A DNA stretch of 64,000 nt from Podarcis filfolensis. Taxonomy: Eukaryota. This document shows positions 24,501 through 34,330 of the stretch, piece by piece. Under the pieces are notes generated by a model, which ran no database searches, was not told the DNA's origin, and was given only the letters and a program-made list of their open reading frames with translations. The stretch's first letter is position 1. Every line of letters starts with the position of its first letter. The position numbers were made by a program, and so were the translations under genes. The stretch lies in NCBI GenBank assembly GCA_964270895.1, contig OZ185436.1. One strand, given 5' to 3'.

Positions 24501-27500
24501 GTAACTGGTTTATTTACATGAATATGAGAATCATTCCAAAACTTCCTTATAAAGGCCACTTGAAAACCCTGATGCCAGGAAGTGATTCAAGGATAGGAAA
24601 ATTAAGAACAAATGAGATAAAAATTCTAAATCTGTTTTCACAACTCTTGATTCAAATTATGAGATTTTATCATATAGCCACAGCAGGAGAAAACCATCAA
24701 CACTTTGCTAGCTGTTGAGAAACCACTTGTGTGAAAGCAGCCCTACAGATTTTAGTGGAGTTACCCAGGGAAAAGATCAGAATCTGAACTTTTGTTTGAA
24801 ATGTCTTAACAGCAAGAAGTCTGTGAGTATGTTTAACAGATGTATTTTCAGTTAATAGATTCAAGATATTTCAATAATCTGCTCTAATGTAAGCTAAGTA
24901 TATAGAATTGCATTCTTTTTATCATCAATAATATATCTTCCTATCTCAGCCTTAACTTTCTTTATTGCTAAACAGGCAAGGTGTCCCACTTTTATGAAGA
25001 AGTACACAGAAGAAAATCTTTGTAAACATGAGGGTAGAGCAACAGCAAAAAGCAGTTGCTATGACCAAGTCTATTATACTGCTGACTTCAAACAGTGACA
25101 CAATGGAAAATAAGACAATGAGGTCTTTAAAAGACAATAAGACACCAGGAGTGCAATCTTATACTCAGAAATAAGCTCCACTTAGTTCAGTGGAACATCC
25201 ACAAAAATAATGCATCATTGCCAACTTTCTCCTCAGATGTCCAAATAGTTGCCTTATTGTGCAAGATAAAGTTCTATTTAAAAATAACTTATTATTCTTC
25301 AATGAATAATAAGCTAACACTACACTCACAGGATTTTTAAAAGTTTTTAAATCAATGTGAAAATTAAATTAATCTTTAGTTGAATCACTCAGCCTCCATT
25401 TTCTGCTAAATGGTATGATCTTGTGTGCCTTTCTTTAAAAAGGAAATATCGCAAAGAGATGGCATGTAGTATTATATTATTCATAATATCCTGCTTTCTC
25501 ACATAGTTTATCTAGCATTTTCAAATGTTCAAAGTGCTTTGCATACATTTTCTCAGTAAAAGTATATTGCATTGACAGCTGCGTTGTATTTTGAGAATTA
25601 CAAGCAGGTCATATTACAGAATCTAGTCAACATTATTCTAGCCAGGACATTATTTCTACAACCATAATGATGTTTTTGTTTTTACAGCATGCTTACAAAC
25701 AAATACGGAGCGATCACTTACCTTTCTGTCTATTATCCACCACTGTGTTTTTGCAAGACCAGGCTCCAGCATTTGAAGCAGGCCTAACAACGTAATTAAT
25801 CTCCCATTGCCACAAGTAATCTCCCATTCTACCAGGCCAGAAATACTATGCACTGGCATGTCAAATGCATGCATACCCTTTATAGTTTAAAAGACTACTG
25901 GCAAAAGGGAGAGTGAGCCACATGCACTCACTCTATTGCTCCCTGCTGCATTTCTGGATTCAAACTGCACTGCAGGTTACACTGGCTCTGTGTGCAGCTT
26001 TCTTCTCCCTTTGTGTCTTTAGAGACCAGAACTAAGATAACAGTGAGCCACAAGCACAGCTCATATTGCTCTGTGTTGTATTTTTTGGTTGAGAAACCAC
26101 AGAAGGACAATTCACACTATTTTACAGACCTTTAACCACCACCATGTGGGCAGACAGACAAGCAGGAAAGCCAGCCCATCCACGTCCAGCTGCTACCCGC
26201 CCGCCCCCCCCCCCCCGGCCTGCATATCTATTCATTAGGGCAGAATTGGTACTGGCTACAGCTGAGAAATAACCTGCTTTAAAGTGTCTGGGCACATTTA
26301 TTTGCAACCCGGGTCTATAGGTCTGCTTCAGTTGAAGCAGACCAAACGTTGCTTTACACTGCTGCAGACATAATGGCGTCCTACCCTAATAAGATGGCAC
26401 TAGGGATATCCTTGATATCCAACCAGGGATATCCCCAAGAATCATAATTAGTTGCATACATTGTATGAACTTTCACACATCCAGGAATCCCTCCTAAGTT
26501 CAAAAATGCTGCATTGTGGAACTGGTTGTGTTCCGATCTCCTCCCCAGCAGCACAGTACGGGAACTCTCATACAGCAATGCAGCATCCCATCCAGGAAAA
26601 CAGTGATGCAGCAGTGCCAACAGCTGTTACTAGGGGCAGGACTGGATTATGTCACCGGACATACATTTTGGCATCACATTAATATCAACAGTCAAGCACT
26701 TGGTCCTTATGTACTGCTATACTGTTCAAGGTGGGTAGAATTTGATTTGTTCTCAAGTGCCCTTAAAGCATCAAATCCTTATTCCTAATTTGTGACAGAA
26801 GAATTTAGGCCTATGTGCTTATAATTAAGAGACCCGAGTCTAACACTCTGACCACTGGACTATTATCCAGAGTGCATGTTAACAGCCAGTTACCATCCTC
26901 CTGCTTACAGTACCCTAGATTTATACATAATGTCATGATGAACTGCAGCATAGGTGAATATATATAATTAAACTACGTTCCTGTAAAATATCTACATAAA
27001 CATTAAAGCCAACATCCTTCAGAAAGAAAGCCAGCTCTGTACTTCTAACAGAGGCTCTTTCGCTATAAGAGAAAATCCCTCAAGGATATGGATTTTGTAT
27101 TTCAAAAGGCATTCAGATGAGACTAAAAAGAGATTCTGCACTTATTATATTTATATAAACATTGCAAAACCCCTCTTTATAGAAGAGCCGACTTATATTA
27201 GGAAGCTACTTGTGTATGGATATGTTAAAATAGCAAGAGGTCACCCAGTGAATGGGTTAGTCACGATCAAGTAACACTGCCATCTATTTAAGCCATTTTG
27301 TTATAGCTGCCAAGATAGTTTGTGTGTAGTGATACTAAACATGGGCCCAAGAAGATTCTGGCAATTATAGGTCCAGAGACAGCCCTGATTTGATGTATTT
27401 AGGAACTTTCATTTATGTAAAGCTTTGCAAACACACTTTATATTGCACATTTTGTTTTGAATTGCGTATACCTTGCATGCTTACTTGAACAAGGAGGGTC

Positions 27501-29279
27501 AACTCATTTATTTTTTAGTTATTTGTGCAAAGAAAAAAAGCATTATGGATTTTATACTAGAAAAGGTAAATGTCCAAGATTATATTAAAATTCATAAGAG
27601 GATTTGCTTGAGTGCTAGGTTCTTCTTTTGAAGTCCTGCTCTTGTCTTGCTCATCACAGAACTCAAGCAGTGACAAACTGGAAGCCATTTCATTAAAATA
27701 CCTTTCTTTTGCTAGGCACAAGAAAACATCAGACTTGATCTTGCCATGGCCTTCTGTTTACTGCTTAAGTAAACAGACAACAACCTACTGCCACAAATTA
27801 TTTTTGACCACAATACAATATAAGAAAAGCATGTGTCAAGATACAGACCATAGCCCCAAGAGCAGCAACCCAAAAATGGTGTGCCAGTACACCAACAGAA
27901 AATTTCCACCTCTGACATTCATAGATTTGAGGCCTTAACTACAGGAGTAAGGACACGGTCTTATTCTGTCACAGTGTAGCTACGTTGTCACAGTACAGAA
28001 TGAATTAAACAGGAAGCCAGAGCTTGCTGCAGTGACAGTGCTAGTGCTAATGGTTTCCAAGGTTAAATTTGGTCTTCTACACGAGCCTTTTATACACTTC
28101 CAGTCTGAAAAATTATTTCAAGACTTCTGGCTATACAGCATGAACTAAAAAGTCTCATTAATGATAGTACTTTTACCAGAGAACTGCATGCAAGAGAATA
28201 CAAGAACTTCCACTTCTCTGTGCAGTATAACTAGATTATAAAATATATTTAGATCTTTAAGACTGTATTTAAGTCAAGTATAGGTTTCTTCTGATCTACT
28301 GGTTTTCCTATCCCAAATTACAACAAAACTAGGTCACACCATGTTTTTTGCTTATACCATGCCTAGAAATGCAACAAAAATTTTGCAATCTTTGCTTTTT
28401 CACATACTGCCCATGAATCCTTAGGTTTCAAAATCCTCTTTATAAAAAAAATTAAACCCACCAAGCTTAATCACAAATTCCAAAATAAAAAATAAAATTG
28501 CCATTGTCCAGATTTTCACTGATTACATAGCTGGCTGTTTTTAATAGTAATTAACCTTCAGAAACTGGAGACAAATTCCCAATACATTTTAAGCACACAG
28601 CCTCTTTCCTGATAACATATGGCCTCATTTGAACAGCATAGGCCAATGTCTGAAGCGAGTCTATATCTATTTTTAGTAATGACTTATAATCTACCAAAAT
28701 CTATTGCCCTTGCTGGAGGAGATCAGCTCAACATTTTGTAAGAAAACTGTAAATCCCAGTGGACTATTTTTTTTTTTAACAGATGCATTCCTATTGAACG
28801 GAGAAATTTCACAAAGCCATAGGCATATTTTCCGATAGTCCAGTTTTAGGATCCAGTACTTGTGTACTGAAAACATAATGCTATTGCCATATGGTAAAAA
28901 AGGGGGGGGGGTTACATTTCAGCTGCTCAGTTTTTTTAGGACTTATCCACCCCACAAAAGAATTATTTCAATAATCACTCTTGCAACTGTTTTATTGATC
29001 AGGTGCATTAACTTGACAACAAACTACCTATATAACAGATGCACTCTTAGGCTATAGTTACTTCTCTGACAAACACTATACGGAACATTCATGATTCAGA
29101 ATGAGCAATCGTGAAGCCTGAAATGTCAAAGGATAAACTATATACAAGAGGTGTATTTTTAAAATTAAGTCCTCAGCTCTAATAATAGAAACCATGCAAA
29201 AACAACAGTGTCCTGCTATTTCTGCAACCATTTAACACATTTATGAATAATCTATTTAGTATTAGTAGAATAATCTCAC

Positions 29280-30404
29280 CTGAAAGGGAAAGATATTGTC
29301 AGCTCTGTTCAAACTGTCTTCCATCCAAGATTTTGGAGCAAAAGCGGAGCTGGGCCGTGCATACTTCTGCAACTGGATATGATTACTTGGGAAATTCTTC
29401 TTCAGGGGTGAGATGGAGTTCAGGGGTGTGATTCCTCCATTCAGTCCCCTGCGGTGGTCTCGCCCTTGGGACCCTCCCCACCCACCATATCCACCACCGC
29501 CACCGGGACTCCATGAAGAAGACGGTGTAGGTGATGGGCTTTGGTAGCTGCTCCATGGAGAAGGTGGTTTGTTAAGATTATTAGCAAGATGAGGCAGTTG
29601 ATTAAAAGCAGCATTTCTATGCGTAAATGGAGGTGGATGAGGGCTTGCAGGAGACCTTCTCTGTTGTTGATGCTGATTGTGATGATGCTGAAAATGGGGG
29701 TGATGAGGGTGGTGTTGAGAGAGGGGTCCAATCTGAGGGGAAAAACTACCCCCAAAGCCAGGACTGACATGATGTGGAAAATTCTGAAACAGCAGAGCAC
29801 CATTATTAGCTGAAGCGGGAGGAACCCCTCCCTGATGGAAGAAACTCGCATCTTCATTGATTATTGTTGAAGAAGAAGGAGCTATAGCTGCTGACCAGTT
29901 ACTGAAACCAGTCAGAGAAGATGCTGTAGATGTCAAGGGCTGGCTTGAAGTACCCAGCCCTGTAGCCTCTTGATAATCAAATCCTGTTAACACTGGCGAT
30001 TCTATTCTTATTTTCTCCTTCCCATTGCCGTTCTCGGAAGAATTATCCCCCTGGTTTTCTTCAGATTTAGATTTCTCTGATTCAGGCAGCATGCCTGCTT
30101 CCTGACTTTGACTAGGGGAAAGCTGCTGTTTTTCTAGGGAGTCTTGCTTTTCCTGTTGCTGAGTTTTAGATTTTTCAGACCCCAGAATCTCATCCTGAAT
30201 GTTATGGGCAGCTGGAGCAGGAAAGAGCCAAGCTGACCCAGCACTACTGCCATTGGCAGCTGTGTTATTTATAAAAGCAGCGGGGCTGGGGGTTGCATTT
30301 TGATGGTGGTGCGGAGGCTGCAGATGTGGATGAAATCTGACTGGAAAAGCTGACTTATTCCCGGTGTTGTTTTGCACTAACACGCCAAACCCGTAATCCC
30401 CCAT
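29280..30404 (-). CDS. CPEB4: CPEB4 coding exon 1 (375 codons; N-terminal low-complexity/disordered domain of cytoplasmic polyadenylation element-binding protein 4)
   Basis: The ORF MGDYGFGVLVQNNTGNKSAFPVRFHPHLQPPHHHQ...KSWMEDSLNRADNIFPFQ is nearly identical to vertebrate CPEB4. It ends at the canonical donor CAG|gtgaga and continues in frame into exon 2 at 16068. Confidence 0.97.
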
Positions 30405-32220
30405 TTATTTTATTTAGGATTTTAATTCCGCCTGGAAAGAAAAAACAAAACAAAACTTTAAAATGTTTTTGTTCTTCTACTAAAGCAAGATATTTGAAAA
30501 TTACTACAGATCTTTCACCTCCCCCTTCTTTCCCACCTACCCACTTGAGATATCTGATTTGGATATTATTCCTGGAATCTTATTAATGAGATCACTTAAA
30601 ATATTGACATGGATAGACTTGTGTTCACTTCCTTCAAATATCCAGAAGGAATAGAAAGTAAATCTTTGGTTAACAAAATAAGAGGTTTCCTTTTTTTCCT
30701 AAAAGGAAATGCACAAGAATGAAGTGGGGATGAAAGAAAGCTCCTGGGAATTCTTTTTTAAAAAGATTTTTAAAAAACTTTTTTGCCTTAACAGCCGCTT
30801 CAACCTGCCCATGTACACATTAATGGAAACAATACCATGACATCTGGTGCTCCTCACTCCTTCACAGCTCCAAAAATATATTTAAATCTGGAATAATTTA
30901 ATAAATTCTATATAATCTAATATATATCTGTGTTCTATTCTAACAGTCTTTGCTGCTAAAAATCTGAAATTTTTACCTCAAGATTTCAATGGTGGAGCAA
31001 GTTGTACAGGAGAGCTTTCCCCACCCCCCCAACCTGTGCTGCTACTGCCTTTGCCTTGTAGGACTATATGTATAATATGCTCTATGCGGATGCCCTTCTG
31101 ACAAGTCCTTTCCATATAAAGCAGGGGAGGGTGCGAGGATTTGTTCCTGTTTTAATCTCTAGATATCTGCATTCACTGCGTGTTGTGTGTATGTGTACGG
31201 ACTGAGTTGTGCAGGAGGAGGGTGGATTCTTGTTGTTGCTGCCGCTGGTTGGGTGGGTTCCTGGTTGCTGCTTTTCCGAGCTCGCTTCCTATTATGATCC
31301 GATATTTGTGTGTCCTTCAGATGAATCCTGGCTGCCTGCAGAGGAAAATTTTCACCTCAGAAAAATCAGCAGTCAAGTGTTTGGAGGGGGGACGGGGGTT
31401 GAAATAAGTATATCTGGCAAGCAGAGTTTAGGCATTTTAAAGCCATCAGCAGAATAATTTATTGTGCGACAGCGGGGGGGGGGAGAGAGATCGGGCTCAG
31501 ATCCTTGGACTGAGAATATTTAGAAAGCGGGGGGGGGGAGGGTTGGAGAGAAGAGAGACGAACCTCTTTCGAAGGTGGGGGAAGGTGAGGAGGAAAATAT
31601 AGGACTGATGCCGCCCTTGCTCCCTCAGAAGGGGGGGGGGAGAATGAAAGAGAGCAGGGATTTCACCCCCACCCCCGCAGAAGGACTTTTACCTCAGGAG
31701 GGGCGCAGTCTCCGGCGGGGAGGGGATGGCGCTGGCGGGGGGCCGGGCTCCTCTCTCCCCCATGGGAGCCGGTTTCTCAAGGGAGGGAGGGTCACGAGGA
31801 TCGCTGGGTGGCGAAAGAGCAGGGAGGGGCGATATCAAGCCTGGCTCCGGAGGGTGGAGGAGGAGGCGGCGAGGGAGGCGGCGGTGGCGGTGGCGGCTCC
31901 CAGGGGTCCTGCCTTTCCTCCCGCTGCTGATGCTCCGGGGCTGCGGCGGCTGCTGCTGAGGCTGCGGCTGCTTCTCCTCCGCCTCGGCTCCTCCCGGCGT
32001 CGTTCTTTTCCCCTCATGTAACACAACTGTTTCTCGGGCGGGAGGACCGGGGGGGGGGCTCCTGTTTAATCACGAGGCGCTGGGCTACTCTGTCGATCCG
32101 CCGGTTCGCCACTCCGGCCCGGCCGCCTCAGCCGCCGCCGCCGCCACCGTCGTCGTCGTCGTCTCCACAGGACCGAGCCTCCGATCGAAATGACAACCAG
32201 CTGGAGACAGGCAGCGCGGC
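30405..32220 (-). other. CPEB4: CPEB4 5' leader (unspliced form) containing 11 upstream ATGs in 10 uORFs
   Basis: Lies between the promoter motifs and the main ATG at 30404. The ATGs were enumerated by hand. The 5' boundary (TSS) is inferred and approximate. Confidence 0.65.
30432..30460 (-). promoter_or_regulatory. CPEB4: Strong 3' splice site 27 nt upstream of the CPEB4 start codon
   Basis: Minus strand reads tttaaagttttgttttgttttttctttccag|gcggaattaaaatcctaaataaaataaATG: a 21-nt tract with 19 pyrimidines followed by CAG|G. Confidence 0.65.
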
Positions 32221-32228
32221 ACTTCCGG
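32220..32228 (-). promoter_or_regulatory. ETS-family (GABPA/ELK-type) motif CCGGAAGTG
   Basis: Perfect consensus within the CpG-island promoter; binding is untested. Confidence 0.6.
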
Positions 32229-32401
32229 TTCGGAGAAGCCACGCCTCTTCCCCCCCCCCGTCTCTCCCTCTCTCTCCCTTCTCTGGCAGAGGCCACGCCC
32301 CTCCCTCTCCTCCTCAGCCGCTAGGCCGCCTCTCCCTAAGCCAGAAGAGGGACTGCGGGAGTCGGCAGCCCTGTTGGATGAGGGCAGAAATTGTTCGGCG
32401 C

Positions 32402-32415
32402 GGCGGCCATCTTTG
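32402..32415 (-). promoter_or_regulatory. YY1-type motif (AAGATGGCCGCC)
   Basis: Plus strand GGCGGCCATCTTTG matches the YY1 consensus; binding is untested. Confidence 0.55.
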
Positions 32416-33339
32416 CTTTGGGCAGTTTTCTTTTCCTCAGAGCGAACCAAGGCGGACATGTTGGTTTAGGTCGGGGAAACTCCCGTGACAGGTGAAATTA
32501 TAGTTGGCCTCGCTTAAACAGCCATTTTTGAATATGGCAGATGTTAAGGTTTGATCATTGGTTAAAGGGCTCACTGAAGATTGGCTTGTTTTATGTGCTG
32601 GAAATTAAAGCTGCATCACACACACATATATGCATTTATATATCTTTATATATGTATTAAGTATGTGTGTGAGAGAGAAAGAGACAGGTGCAGGTTTAAT
32701 TTCCAGCACATATAGATGCAGAGTGTTTATTCGAATAGGTCGCTTAAATATATATAGGCGACCACGTATTCGAAGAAGAATTCTGCATCGAAGTTAAGAG
32801 AGAGGTTGACCCTAGTTTAAGTCGTGAGACAGGTAGAAAATGCCTTTTTTAAGGCTTTTTTAAAGAACAGTTTTCATTTCAGGTCACCCCACAGGAGCAT
32901 GTTGTACGTTTCGCCTTCCATGACAGTTCATGTTTCTCCTCCTTCGGCCTTTGCTCGAGGCAATGAGGAAGTTTAAACTGCAAGGATCTTGAGAATACCT
33001 CGATAAAAACCATTTTGCTGGAAATACTAAGCTTCCTCTCCTGCGGGGACTTTGGGGAGAGTGCAGAAAGGGTGAAGAAGAAAAGACTCGTTGGGGGGAG
33101 AGACTGTCGATCTCTTCCAGGTGCCAAATTTTACTGCAAGAAGGTGCAAACCAAATGAGACAGAAAGGATTTGGCTAAGCACCAGCGAGCGCTCTGTGAA
33201 CCCACAGAACAGGCCAGACCCAACTACGTCCTTATGGATGTTGCATCAACAGAAAACCAAAGGGCACCTCCTTTAGTGTGTGGGTGTGTTTGGTCCCACT
33301 TGGTGATAACCGTACTTTTCAGCTAATCAAACATTCCCT

Positions 33340-34330
33340 TATGGACCGACCTCTCATGCCCCCCGCATGTCTCCGCAACACGAAAAGGCACGTTTACACA
33401 TACATACCAAAGACGGAAATCGCCGTTGGCAGCTTAACAATTTACTTATGAATCCTATCCAGGGTTAACGCCTCTCTGTGCTGTCGCTGAACAGACGGCT
33501 TGAAACTTGCGAGGGCCAGGGTTCCTTTAAATGCCAGCACGCCTTTGTCGGTGCGTTAGGGTGATCAAAGATTAGCCATGGCGACGGGCGGCATGACTTT
33601 CAAACTTATTCGAGGCTCTTGCCAACCGCAAGGCCGGGCTGCGCCCTCCTCGCCGGATCTGGCAGAAAACCCAGGCTGCTTCTGCCCCTGAGCGCATCTG
33701 CAGCGCCGGCAACCCCGGATGCAAGCAGGAAGGCGGCGGGGCTGGGATCCGCAAAAGGGAGCCGGGAGAGAGCGCCCACCACTAGGCTGGGGTTGCAAGA
33801 TGGGGAGGGCGAGAGGCAGCCTGAAGGTGGCAGGAAGAGGAGACGAGGGCCGTCTGTTTGGGGGTACAAGCCTTGCCTCTGCTCCAAACCCCTCGGAGGA
33901 GCTGGAGGGCAATGCTACCTTGTCGTTAGGAGAGCTAGCGGGAGAAACTCTCCTTCTGACCCGAAAGAAAGGAGGAAGCAGGAACGGAAAGGACGGGGGA
34001 AGGGGGAGGGAAGAGACCCTTGAAAGGGCAGTTCGTGCCTTACCTACTGGCTCTTGCGAAAGAGACCAGTGGGACCGAGGAGGTGGCGGGGGAGCATGGC
34101 CTCCGTGGCAAGCCCCTCCGAGGGTTGCCGAGAGACACACCTGCTAGCCCAGAGAGAGGAGGAGCCGGCTCCTGGCAGCCCTCGGGGCAGGGAGTGAGGG
34201 ACCGATCTCAGCCAAGGCACCATCTGCTCGGAAGAAGAGAGTAGGGACCCCTCCTAGTGCAGACAGCTAAGGTGCGGGAGGGGGGGGTGGCTCACCAAGG
34301 GAAGCCATCGGAGGAATGTAAAGGGGGCAA
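33340..34330. promoter_or_regulatory. Second CpG island, candidate alternative CPEB4 promoter and first exon
   Basis: CpG-rich block separated from the main island by about 0.8 kb of AT-richer DNA. Contains a strong minus-strand donor GTAG|GTAAGG (GT at 34043-34042) and TTG|GTGAGC (GT at 34295-34294). Confidence 0.6.

Larger units (their letters stand above)
16069..29279 (-). other. CPEB4: CPEB4 intron 1 (13,211 nt, GT-AG)
   Basis: Donor CAG|gtgaga at 29279 and acceptor ttgcag| at 16069; the flanking exons join in frame. Confidence 0.93.
31440..32520. promoter_or_regulatory. CPEB4: CpG island and main CPEB4 promoter region
   Basis: Very GC- and CpG-rich against an AT-rich background, directly upstream of the CDS, TATA-less, with ETS and YY1 motifs and (GCC)5/(GTC)5 triplets at 32131-32163. 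Confidence 0.85.

Noticed and set aside
1-29279. HDV-like self-cleaving ribozyme analogous to the one in mammalian CPEB3 intron 2
   Set aside because: No similar sequence was noticed in either intron. That ribozyme belongs to a different paralogue; an Infernal search would be needed to exclude it fully.
29262-29279. ORF-track C-terminus VRLFY as the normal end of CPEB4
   Set aside because: It is intron read-through past the canonical donor at 29279; exon 2 continues the frame. It is considered only as a possible intronic-polyadenylation isoform.
29441-29857. 138-aa hydrophobic ORF in the +1 frame of CPEB4 exon 1
   Set aside because: The Ile/Leu/Thr richness is the expected shadow of His/Pro/Asn codons. 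Its ATG is 547 nt downstream of the main ATG, in weak context and behind other out-of-frame ATGs.
31575-34244. Numerous 100-190 aa ORFs on both strands in the two CpG islands
   Set aside because: Stop-poor GC-rich DNA generates such ORFs. They are low-complexity, many start at TTG or GTG and none resembles a protein I recognise.
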